From the NCBI GenBank assembly GCA_030141605.1, contig JAQGDQ010000123.1, forward strand, positions 372,001 through 436,000: 64,000 nt of DNA, read 5' to 3'. Below the pieces are notes generated by a model. That model had not been told where the DNA came from, made no database searches, and worked only from the letters and a program-made list of their open reading frames with translations. Position numbers and translations under genes: made by a program. Shown piece after piece: positions 26,840 through 39,239 of the stretch (position 1 is the stretch's first letter; each line of letters begins with the position of its first letter). This DNA comes from Tubiluchus corallicola. Taxonomy: Eukaryota; Animalia; Priapulida.

Positions 26840-29800
26840 ATGTCTCTGTCTAAGAGTGAGGTGGAAGCAGCACGACCAAAGATTGAAAAAGTTGTGTACA
26901 AGTTTTTAGGTTATAGTGAACCGCATTTAGAGTCGGCTTCCGTCAATTGCTATCAAAAACAGTATGAGAAGAAGAAAATGGTACGCAAGCTGGCTCGTTA
27001 CCTGGATGAGAAGAAAGCAGAGAAATTGTCTGAAAAACTTTTGCGAGCTTTTAAGGATATTCAAGACCAAGCTTTTGATTTGGGAAAGGCAAGTAACAAT
27101 ATTTTAGTTCTTCATTTTTTTTCCAAATTGTGCTGTGTTGTTTAATATTTTAAAATTCTATGAAATTCATTTCTCTCTTGTGATTAGTTTGGAAATTAAC
27201 TCATCCAACTAATCATGTTTTGCACCACTTGTTTTAAACCACATGTAATATACAGAAACTGCTGCTCGCCTTGACAATAACTAAATGGGGCATGAATTGT
27301 GTCAATGTTGATAATGTGTTAAGCACACTGAATTACATAAAAGATGATTTATTTTGCCTAAAGTGTTTTGAATATTGTTTGCTTATTAGAAAATTACCAA
27401 CTTTTAATAATTGTATATTGATTAACAGCCATTTTCGTCAATTTTTTTCTCGAAAAAATTGTTTGATTTGTGATTGGGAAGAGTAAATTTTAGCAGGGTC
27501 TAACTCACTAATGTTAAAAATTAGTGATCTGTCAATTTTTTCTGCATGTATGGCCTGTACATGTACTGTGCATGTACTACCTGCAATTGTTTTTGAAATC
27601 TAAAACTACAACATTCGTTAACAAAGTTGTCTTCTTTTACAAAATCTTTGTGTTAAGATTCATTTTTGATTTTATCTTAATAGTGCACTGACATTTCAAA
27701 AAGCTAGTTTTCTTGCACTATAGTAAAACTAGCTAATTAGATAAGCTGATACATTAAGTAAAAATAAAGACCTTGGGTAAATAATTCAGACGTGAATGTT
27801 GGAGACAGTTCTTTTTCTGTGATGATGGCGTACTTACTGCACATATGAAGTTTTATTTGCTTATTTTCATTCAGGTGAAACAAGAGTCAACTGACGAAGA
27901 AAAAGCCAGCAAACGACGACGATTTGATGATGAGGATGATCGTAGGAAAGACAGAAAAGAAGACGGCAAACGAGATAGAGATTCAAGTAGCAGGAAGAGG
28001 TTTTTGTGAAAAATAGCTATTCATATTTGCAGACTTCGTCGTGTCTCTTAGTTTTAATAGCTGAATGGTCGCTGTTCGTGGTTAGAGCTTTAAGTTAAGC
28101 GAACCAAGCTTGGTTAGTAAGGAGATGGGTGTTTGTCCGGAGAATTGTTTACGAGTGGTCCTGCCACTACGAGCTACTTTAAGTAGACGTTGCTATTGAG
28201 CATTGAATGTTGTCTTGGAGAGTGAGTACTTTTGATAATTTCAGTAATGCTTTAAGGTCTATGTAATTTGCTTTTGCAGGTACAGTGAAGAAATTAATGG
28301 CAGCCGGGAGGAGGCAAAACGACCAAAAAGAGACGACAAGAAGGAGAAACCAAAAACTAAACCAGTGTGCAAAATTAATATTCATTATTTCAAAATTAAC
28401 AATCAATTTATGGATGCTGTCTCTTTGCTAAGTAGTCATTAAAAATAATAGCAAAATACTATTACCTGACATAGGCAGCTACTGAACAATTAACCAGATG
28501 CCTTTATAGCGCATGAATGTGCTTAGCAATATTTAATAGTTAAGTATATATTGGCATATATACTTGCCTTTTGGTAAGAAGTTCATAGATGGATGAGAAA
28601 CTTGGAGAATAATTGTTATTACGTAATTTTTAAACATGGTCGTGTTTCTTTAGTATGTTCTGAACTGTTTTTTTTCCATACACATACTATAATAGTAATT
28701 GAGACTGAGAATGTTAATATAAATAATTCTCTAAAAATTTGAAAATCATGCTTTGACCCTGCCAGTTTTGGTTGTCAGCAACTCATTCCTGGGTTCCTTT
28801 GCAATTTTAAGTAGGTATGTCGAAGAACAGAAGTGTAGTTTCAAAGCAAATTTAATTTGTATAGCAATTACTGCTATGCAATTCTTGTAATAAATTATGT
28901 CCTGAAAAAATTAGTGGCGTCAAATCGACAGTTGTCAAGGGAGCAGCATTATCTTATGCGTGGAAATCAGACACCATGGAAGCATACAGTATTAACTGAT
29001 TAAGTATATTTTTAAAATTCAAGTAAGTCTATTTCAGTCTTGCAGAACATTTGCGTAATAATAGTACAATGTATATTGTGTGGGCCTAGTTTTGCACAAC
29101 ATAGGCCCACATTTTAAAAAGTTGTGGCGTCCTTGACTCCTCTGACAGTAGCACAGAAGAACCACTGCTGAATAATCTGTAAAAACTGTCCCACTAATTT
29201 GTTTACTCAATTGATTTGTTGCTGCAAGTCTAGCCAAGCAAATTATTGATTAAAGTCCTAGATATCTTGATGTTGCTACTTTGCTCGCATTTATGTTACA
29301 GACCTGTTACTGTTAGCATTTAATGGCTCACTGGAACTGATTTGACACGTTGCAATATACCGATTTATTTCGAGATATTATTGAATGAATGGGAAACTTG
29401 TTCTGTAATCAAGTACATGTATCTTAAAAAATCTGAAAATTCATTTTCTGGGTGATACTTTATTTATTCAACAATTTCCTACATGCACATATGCACATAA
29501 TTTCCAAATGGATAATCAAATTTTCTATTGTGATTAATCGTTGAACAGAGTTAGTAATTGTCGTTTGGTTTGATTATGGTAGGAAACGCAGGAAGATGGT
29601 CCTATTCCTGGTCCAGATCCGAATAAACCGAGTCCAGGGATGCTTACAGCAATACAAATTCAGGATATGATGGCAAATGCACAGAGAATGATAGAAGAAC
29701 GAAAGAAACAGTTAAATTTAATAGTAAGTAAGCCTTTAATTCTTTAAAGTATTATATCAAATAAACTTATTTAAAGTCATGAATTATCAAATTATGAGGA

Positions 29801-32800
29801 AAAGAATTCACAAGTTTTTCTTGCACATTCGAGTTCTACTCAAAGTTAGATCACCAATAATTTCTCTGCCGTGATTTTTCTACTTTTTCCTTGAACAGTT
29901 TTTTTTTGTTATGATAAAGCTGGTTGGAACGGCTTTTGTACTTGTCTTGCTGATGTGTATCTTCTTACTTGGTTCATCTTAACCTACATATGCTGTCTTG
30001 AATAAGTTCAAGTTAATTGTTCAAATTATCTAACCTTAGCACTTTACTTTGAATTACACGACCTCGCTTGGACCAATGTTTAGTATTTTCTAGTTAGTAT
30101 TTTTGTAATAACTATGCATTACTAGCAACCCGTTACATTTAATAGGTGATACATAGTTTTTAGAAGCAAATTTTTGCATAGAGAATTTGCATACATAAAA
30201 AGTAATCCAGAAAAATGTGTAAGAAATTTATTTTCAATGTAATCTTTTTATTGTATGATATTTTACATGTGCATTTTTGTACATGCGGGTTTAAACCGTT
30301 TTCAACAGCTCTGTTATTTAACTGTTTGCAGCCAGTCCAGCCGGGAGTGCAGAACAATGCTCTTGAAGACAAGGCTAAAAGAGCTGCTGAAATACAAGCA
30401 AGGATACAGGTGTGAGCTGCTAATTAACATTCTGCATTAGTCATTCCTTTTTGTTATGTCTTAAACTAACCTGGCACATACTGGTGCAATAATAGAGCAG
30501 TTTTCAGTAAAAACAGTGTGAATGCTAGAAAGCGTGCGGTAAAGCATTTTTACTTGTCGGTGACATGTAGAACTTTTACACTATCACGTTTACAAGAGCG
30601 ACGACAAATTTATTCCCACACTTAATCTTGCTTGGAAACCTTTTTTTAAGTCTTAAATGAAATAGTGTTAAGTACTACACATGTTGTTGTCTGTTATTTT
30701 TTTTATCAAAAATTTTGCACCTCTACTGAGACTAGAACCCAAGACCTTCTCCTTTTTGGGCTATTACACCACAGAGGCACTCTCACGGCCTGACTTTTCA
30801 GACTTCAAATTTACTCTACAAGCCGCTAGAGGCGATTCACGGGAGAATCGTAGTTTATGCTCTATCAAGACTTTGTGATGTCAATCCAATAAATTCATGA
30901 GTGGTACTGAACTACATTGACATTGAAAAATCTAGCACCTCCATTGGTATTAGAATCAGAGACCTTCTGTTTTCCCAGCAGCTAACTAGAAGCTTACATG
31001 AGATATCAGAGTGATTTTCATAACCCAAAAGAGCATAACTTAGCTTACCATTTGAGATTTCTTGCAGCATGCGATTTAGTTATACAGTAGGAGCCATTTA
31101 CTAGACTCACAGTTAATAGAATCAGTCGCTTAATTGACACAAAAATGTCTAGTACGGGCCGCTTCCACTCAAATGTACATAAAAACAGTCGGCAAGTAAC
31201 TCATATAGCTCCGCTTAACTGGCTCAATATTTTTGCTTTACGTACTTAAAATAAGATACTTGCATGTGACCAAAGAGCTTTTACTACTTTTAATGCCACT
31301 TATTGTGGTATAAAAGTAGCAACTGTTCCTTATTTTTGTGTACTATGATGCACTTAGAAGTACGTGTAAAGTACGTTTATCATGTGTTGAAATGCTAGTG
31401 TAACAGTTTTGCTTTGAACCTGTCACCCATTCGTCTGCTGCATTTAACCTCCTTGTCCAAGAATTTGTGGAACGTAAACTTTTAATCACATGTCTAGTGG
31501 TTTCCCTTTGAAGTTCTTGCTGCTTTTCATGAAATCTTAATTAGTTAACTGTTGCTGTTATGTCACCGATGTATTCTTTGCGACTTTTTAAGCGTAAACG
31601 TCATAGATCAGCTAAGAGCATAGAGTTAATTTTGAAAAATGGAGCATAAAATTTAAAGCTCTCTCAGCCTTTGCAGCGCATTCTAAGCTGAGGAGTGATG
31701 GCTTGTATTTCTATACTAACAATACTATAGCTATCGGACAATAGACTCAGTCGTTTAATTGGCACAGAACTCTTCCATCCCAAAGTGAGTCTATTAAGCG
31801 GCTCTTACTGTATAAACCAATTGTGATTCTATCTAGTACAATAAAAATTGGGGCACTGTTAGGGAAATCCATTGATACTGTCAAATTAATTTGATGCTAT
31901 TTTTTACTCGTATTTTGTTAACCGTATTTTAGGCACATCTTACAGCAAAGCCAAATCTCTTAGTAACACTCTCAGGTGCCGAAGCAGCGAAAGCCGTTCT
32001 GGATCCGTCAAAAGGACCAACACCACTGATTCTTGATGATGAAGGTCGCACAGTGGATTCTTCGGGCAAAGCTATACATGTATGTTTGCATTATTTTATT
32101 CATGTTTTGTCTTAGGAAGTCAGATAAAATTGTCTCTTACAGTTTACTTGTAATGCTTGCTCCTTCTCCCTCCCTTTCTCTCACAAGATGGTCTCTCTGT
32201 CTCCTCCCTTTTGAATTTTTTTTGGCTCCCTTGCTGATTATATTTTACTTATGCAATATTGCTCATTTCAAAAAACTTGAATGGTGAATGAGCCTAAAAA
32301 TGTTAAACTTGTAAATTCAGTGTTTCTTATCTTTTTTGTATGCGGATTTCTAAACCTATATAAACATTTTTGGGTAAAATTGCGAAATTTTCAAGTTTAA
32401 CTTACCAGATGTATTATTTGTTTGCATTATATTTAATGCAGCGTCTTTTGTCCTAAAATTACAACTGTTAATAGCAGCTGCTTTAATGCAGGTACAGCAA
32501 TATTCGAGTTATTTCTCAAAAAACTATAATACAATATTTTAATATATTATAATATACGGTGTTTCAAACTTAATATCCAAATACCAAAAAAGTCTAGTGA
32601 CTGTTAACCCCGTTATAACTAACATTTTTGCGAGTACAAGATTATCAAACAATATGAAAGTGAATTGAGGTTGTAGTGACAGGTTTTTTTCCTTTTTACA
32701 GATACCTCAGTATACTCCAACCCTGAAAGCAAACATTCGCGCGAAACGAAGGGAAGAATTTAAAATGGTCCTCCAGGAGAAGCTTCCAGAAGAGCTTTCA

Positions 32801-35800
32801 GAAGCTAGTAAATTCTTTGATCCGCGCATGCCAGCGAAGATGTCGCAAAGAACTAGAAGGAAGTTCCACTTTGTCGAACACGGTCGATATGTACAGATGG
32901 AACAACGACTCAAGACAAAAGCGCAGTTGGAAAAGTTACAGAAGGAAATTGCACAGGTACAAAGTACAGTTTTACCTAGTGGATTGTACACCTGTTACTT
33001 TTCAATTTTCAATTCCTGCTAAATCTGTAGAATAACTACGAAATCTTAACTAATATAACTGGGAGTTGACAAGCTCTGAAGTTTTTTGCATTTGTTTTAC
33101 ATTTCCACTTCATTGGAAGTATATTTAAAAAGAACCAGATGTTTTGCTGCTATGAACAGATTGTAACTTAGCATTCTTTAGTTATTGACTTGGTTTTTGG
33201 AAATTTTAACCTTCCACCGCATTTGAACAAGAAATTATGGATTTTAAGGTTCATTTTTAGTTCATTATTTAGCCGAAAGAACTTAGCCGACAGAATAAAA
33301 CTTTAATAGGTAACAGGGGTCATAATTTCAAGCTTATTGATGATGGCATCATCAGTAAAAAGCCCAAGATCCTGTCATTTCAAAATACATTGTAAAGTAT
33401 TATGTACCTAGCCTAGAGAAAACATTTCTGGATGATTGATAGGGCTCCAGTTCTGACATCATAATTCTACTGAATGGCACAAAATGGCTACATTTGGAAA
33501 AAGCTAACTTAAAGATTTATCCCATTAAAATAGATATTGCAACAGGTGTTAAGTTTATGGTATACAGCCTATTTGTACTTTTTTAGCAAATTGATTTTTG
33601 TGCTATCTGCTGCACGGTGTAAAGAATAGTTCATAATGTTGCTCATAAAACTCACTGTACAGGTTGCCAAGAAGACTGGAATCCAATCTGCTACGGTCTT
33701 GACGAAGATTGCCCCGAAGAAAGAGCTGCTAGCTGATGAGATTCCAGACGTAGAATGGTGGGACGCTGTGATACTCCAGAATGAGGCTTACGAAAGCTTG
33801 GATAAGAGGCTGGAGGGTCAGGATGAATTTGAAGGCATTACGAATCTCGTTGAGCACCCAATTCAGATGAAACCTCCCACAGCTGAGGAAATGGTAATGC
33901 ATATATTTTTTTCTGTTTCTGCTTTATTAAAAATTTGTGTGATTTTTTCGCATTTATTTATTTATTGAATACAAGATAGTCGGTTAAATGTTTGATTATT
34001 TATCAGATAATCAATAAACTTTGTACCATTACGGCTACAAAACTTACAACTTGTACAGATCGTTTGCAGGTACAGTATACCCAGTACAGTACATATTTTT
34101 AGTAATTGAGTGAAATTTGTGTCTCTGTCACAAATGTAGTTATTAATTTTATACTACAAACGCTTTTTTTGTATATCCTGAAAACGTTCAGATAATACAG
34201 TCAAACCTAGTTATACTGCCGCCCGCCCCCCATTATAACACCAGCCTTGCCATAATGCCAACTACAGTAGTCGCCGCTTAATTGACTCACTTTTGGACCG
34301 ACATGTTTTGACCCAATTAACCGATTGAACCTATTTACCGATGGGTGTAGTATTACTGCTATAGAAGTATGAGTCATCAGCTATGCACTGCAAAAGCTTT
34401 TAATCAATTTTAGAAACGAAGTAACGCCTAAATTCCTTTGTGCAGTTAAAAATTAGAAAAAATATTTTAAAATATTAATTTATATAAGTGAATTAACAAT
34501 AAATTAAAAACTATACTTTTCTAAATCACACAAGTCTGAATTGGGCATGACTAAAACAGTTCCGAATCGTCTGCTCACTTGCATTGCTACATGACATAGC
34601 CAGTAAATGTACCGTACCTGCATATTTGACTATTAACTCATTAAGCCTGAAAGCGTGATTTGCAACTAGAGCATCAAAAGAAAACCGCTAAGCAAGTGAT
34701 TAAATGTTTAGCTTCCAGAAATTCTTTGGGTAACGAGGTTAATTGCAGCGGGCGAGCGGGTAACAGATTCAAAGCAAAACCACTACGCTAAGTGTATTAG
34801 AGGCATGATAAACGTACATGTTTCCAAACAAAAGGGAAGTAAAGATGACATAAAAGTAGGAAAGGCTGTTTGGGGACATACATGTGTCTTATTTTAAGTA
34901 CGTGAAGGAAAAATAGTGAGTCAATTAAGCGAAGTTATTTAAGTCAATTACCGATAGTTTTTATGCATATTTGAATAGAAGCAGCCGGTTCCAGGTATTT
35001 TTGAGTCAATTAAGCGACTGAGTCTATTAAGCGGCAACTACTGTATTGCCCTGTCCCACTTTCCATAATATATTAAATATAAGGAATACCGCCAACCTCG
35101 CCTACCGCCATATCTGCTGTGCCAAAAGTCTGTTTTACATAATAAATTTATTCTGTTATGACTCCAGCCAAGATAAAGCACAGGGATTTTACGGCTGTAA
35201 AAGCTATTTGACTCAAGGTAAAGTTATATGCGACAGCTATATATAGTATTAATTATCTAGTAATGTTACGTTGGGAGCTTGGATGGGCTGCGTGGCTGCA
35301 TATTCCTCTTATCAGGAGACAGCAGTATTTCACAAGACTCTACTCCACATTGTGTTACCTAAAAGTTTTGCATCACACGGCCCTAGGACTATTACCTGCA
35401 TTAATTTTGTTGATGCACAGTACAAATGTGTACTGAATAGCAAAAATGTACAGTATTATACATGTATTATTGTAGCGTAATAATAATTTACTATTTATGA
35501 CATATTAAAGTTAACTAGGAAACAAAATAGAGGTTACAGACTAGAACGGCTTTGATATTTAATGAACCTCAGCTTACCGCCAACACCACTATAGCGCCAT
35601 ATTTAGTGGTGTCCCAGACCTGGCGTTATAACGAGGTTTGACTGTAATTAGTAAAAGGAGAACTGCACTTGATCTAATGTTATAGTTGTTGTTATCATAA
35701 TTAGGGATATTTGTTTCGTCTTACAAGAAATTAATAAGCAAAAGGAGAGAATCATTAATATTAAATTCTATCATGAAGAGAAGTGGTAGAGATAAATCTA

Positions 35801-36916
35801 GCTTCACTGCTTAAAAATACAACATACAAGTGTCCTTACATATTTAGCTGCCAGGCTCCACAGATGCAGCTGCCATACCTGTAATGCTCACAAAGAAGGA
35901 AAGGAGGAAATTGCGGCGGATGAACCGACGAGAAACGTGGAAGGAGAAGCAAGAGAAGATCCGCCTGGGACTAGAACCTCCTCCGGAACCTAAAGTGCGC
36001 ATGTCGAATTTGATGCGTGTTCTCGGAACTGAACAGGTGCGAAATATGATGTTACGACTATTACATTAATTCGCAATTTTAGTATTTACAGTTCTGTGTG
36101 AACAGTCATGCTTGCAAGATGTTCAGTTTTAATTGGTGTTGTATTCTTTTAGTGTATTTAGATGTTTACTAGTCTATATTATGTCTAGTAAATTTCTGCA
36201 GTAGGAACCCAATCACTGACATAATAATTAGCATAGCTGTCAGGGATCTAAAAGATGAGTTTTTGGAGTGTCAAATAAGTGATTAAATATAGTAACATGA
36301 CATGAGTTTTTTGCTGGTACAGGTACAAGATCCTACAAAGATCGAAGCTCACGTGCGAGCACAAATGGCAAAACGGCAGAAAGCACATGAAGAGGCCAAT
36401 GCAGCTAGGAAGCTTACTAAAGAACAAGTGCGTGACAAAAAGATCAAGAAAATCAAAGAGGATACATCCAAAGGTGTGCACATTTCCGTTTACCGTGTGA
36501 AGGATCTCTCAAACCCCTCGAAAAAGTTCAAGGTGGAAACGAACTGCAAACAGTTGCTTATGACAGGCACTGTAGTGTTTTATCGGGACTGCAATGTCAT
36601 CGTTGTCGAAGGAGGGCCAAGGCAACAGAAAAAATACCGACGATTAATGTTGCACAGAATCAAGTGGGCAGAAGATACGAAATTAGACGAGAAGAAACGA
36701 AAAGATTCGGCATTTGATAGTAAAGAGGTTTCATCTACGAATAGTTGTGTGTTAGTCTGGGAAGGCATGGTGAAAGAAAGAAACTTTGGTGAGATGAAAT
36801 TTAAGCTGTGCCCCACTGAAGCTTTCGCTCGTGAGCATTTTCGCAAGCACAATGTTGAACACTACTGGGATTTAGCGTATACACAGTCAATTGTAGAAAA
36901 GACAGAGGTGGAGTAA
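26840..36916 (+). CDS. PRPF3: U4/U6 small nuclear ribonucleoprotein Prp3 (~697 aa)
   Basis: Exons 26840-27088, 27875-27999, 28280-28364, 29583-29723, 30332-30409, 31933-32079, 32702-32956, 33663-33893, 35848-36036, 36323-36916; 2094 nt, all phases compatible. N-terminal PWI-like region, then SPGMLT.IQ..MM...[90 protein letters not shown] and EHYWDLA, all characteristic of PRPF3. Confidence 0.97.
28055..28150 (+). mobile_element. 5S rRNA-like fragment preceded by a tRNA A-box-like head (composite SINE or 5S pseudogene)
   Basis: aagttaagc.....cttggttagta..gatggg resembles the 5S internal control region (AAGCTAAGC...CCTGGTTAGTACTTGGATGGG); TAGCTGAATGG lies upstream. Confidence 0.5.
30712..30990 (-). 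mobile_element. Two degenerate tRNA-SINE-like heads
   Basis: gcacctc...tagaa.c..agaccttct repeated at ~30717 and ~30935; the minus strand reads aggtcttgggttctagtc (B-box-like). Confidence 0.35.
31085..31810. mobile_element. pogo/Tigger-like MITE in PRPF3 intron
   Basis: TA|CAGTAGGAGCC...agactcac and gtgagtctattaagcggctcttactg|TA TIRs; same family as 34265-35043. Confidence 0.8.
34198..35644. mobile_element. pogo/Tigger-like MITE (outer) containing a nested second MITE
   Basis: TA|CAGTCAAACCTAGTTATA ... TATAACGAGGTTTGACTG|TA TIRs. Confidence 0.8.
34265..35043. mobile_element. pogo/Tigger-like MITE (inner, nested)
   Basis: TA|CAGTAGTCGCCGCTTAAT ... ATTAAGCGGCAACTACTG|TA; internal sequence matches 31085-31810 in reverse orientation. 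Confidence 0.8.
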
Positions 36917-38407
36917 AACGTGGTAGAAATGTGTCAATAGCTTAATTATATGGCAAGGCTTGTGCTGCCTAAGTGTTCTGCCTACAGTGACATGCACTTA
37001 TTATATGAGAAAAACTCCAGGAAAGGACGAAAGGTGTAGGAAAGTGGAAAAGCTCGTTAATTCAAAGTTACCTGTGTACGTATTTCTTACAAAATTGCTG
37101 ATGCAGCTTCAACTCTGAATAAATGTTTTCTAGTGTCTTTTGTGAATGGATGCGTTTCACTGGCTTCTTCCAGTGGCAATATGTAAATTGTTAAAGGACC
37201 TGATGTGCATGTATTTGCACATACTGTAAATGGAGAATGATTTTTGTGCATTCGGTTGCTTCAGTGTTTGCCAGAATTCATGCAACAAAAGGACAAACAC
37301 GTTCTGTTTTGCTTTAATTAGCCAAACAATTTAAGTGAATGATGCATGATTCAATTAGCATCTGCCGTTAGCGAACATACGTTTTACATAGTAGGGTAGG
37401 ACAACTAATGATAATTTCATACTGTTCTTGCGTCCTGTCCCATTGGGCAAAGTAATCAGATATCAGGCAATGCAAAAACCAAGTAAACTGATTTTTTGCC
37501 AGCAGCATTTCAAGCTTTGTTATTGACTGAAATTTAAATGCTAAATTATAACCGTACATGCCTTGTGACAACCTTAAATTATTTCCAAACATCTGGACAT
37601 TTCCCACTAAATTTCACAAGCAAAGTTATATTGCAAAGTTTTAAAGTAATAATAATTTGCCAATTAGATTGTCATGAGGATTTTGCAAAGAATCATATAT
37701 ACTAAGACAAAAATTTGTTGTTACAATAAAATGTCTTTTTAAAATTAATTGCTCCTAGTTCATGTTTTTCGCTGTGCTCATGTTTTCAGATAAAGTTGCT
37801 TTCCTTTTACAGCCATCACACTACTGAGTGAAATCCATTTCACATGTACATTTTTAAATGCATCGGCAACATAACGCATCAAATACTAATACTTGGTGCA
37901 CATGCTGCAAAGTTTGTCTGTAACTTGATTTACCAACTTTGTCACACACTTAGATTTTGCTTAAATGTGCTCACACTCTGTCCCACACTCATCCTGCCAT
38001 TGTGTGGGATTTTAGTACAATAGGTTGTTGCGGTGCATTTGTAAATTTTGTGTGAGACAGTTTGTTGCAGACAGACAGACTTTTTGCTATGAGCAACTAG
38101 TATAAAACCATAAGACAAATTCAAATTTACTGTTTTCAATTTTCCGCATGTCTTACTAACAAAACTTCGTCTTGGATACAGAGTTGGCTTTAAGAACTCA
38201 GAGGTGACACAGTCTCTTCACTCGTAGATTCCTTATTCTCCCTTATCTTTTTTTTAATTATTTGCTTCCCCCTGTTTCTTTTCCCTTATGCTCTCTTTCT
38301 CTGTTTCTGCTCCTTCTCCCTCCCCACTGATTCTTAATTTTGTATTTATCCCAGACATTCTAATTACAGAAGCAGAGTACCCAGATCCAGGACTTGTCAA
38401 CCAGCTT

Positions 38408-38583
38408 AAGTGACGTTTACTAGACATCCGGAATGCGGCTGCATTATGCAGAATATGCTCCGTTTATCAGACTTGCGTTATGCATTATTTTTTCTGCAGC
38501 TGTTTCCTATAAATTTTTATGTACATAACAGTTCCGCAAGTGGATAACGCATATGCATCCTGGATGTCTGATAAATGCCACTT
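38408..38583. mobile_element. Small MITE (PIF/Harbinger-like)
   Basis: ~29-bp imperfect TIRs aagtgacgtttactagacatccggaatgc / gcatcctggatgtctgataaatgccactt. Confidence 0.6.
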
Positions 38584-39239
38584 TAGTATGTTATTACGAA
38601 GCTTAGAATTTATTATTATGACAAAAGATCAATAAAATGAATTTCACCCTTCCAATAAAGATAGGAAATTTCATTAATGACAGAATTTTATCACAAGTTA
38701 TGCATCACTATTACATTCGGCCTGCGAGAAGGTAATTTTAAGATGGCTTCAACTTAGAAGCTTGTGTATGTGTATAGTTAAGTACAGTACAACAATAAGC
38801 TTACTGCTTTTTTGTTGGTGGATTTCACACTTTGCAGCAAAACTGGAATGTAACTATGCCTTACTTAGGATGCTTCTTCTGTAGAGGAATAAAGTTGCAA
38901 GGTAATGCCACATGTGAATGACATTTCATTATAAATCATTAGACGCTGGTCATGATAGTGTTATTTCATATCATATTGTACGCTTTGTGCCTCCAGAACA
39001 CTTGTATTTTCACCAAAAATGTACAACACCGGCAACACCACACTTGAGTCTCACCAAAGCATAAAGTTTTAAGCAGCTAAGCCCTTTACATTTAGAGATG
39101 AGTTGTTCACATTTGCACTTTTAAAATCCTGGAAGGAGAAATCGCACTGTTTATGTTGGCTCACTTGAGACGTTTTCTGCTGTAAGTTTAACTTGCATCG
39201 GCTTGCAAAGATAAATTGAAGGTGCAGAAGCTTGTGAAG

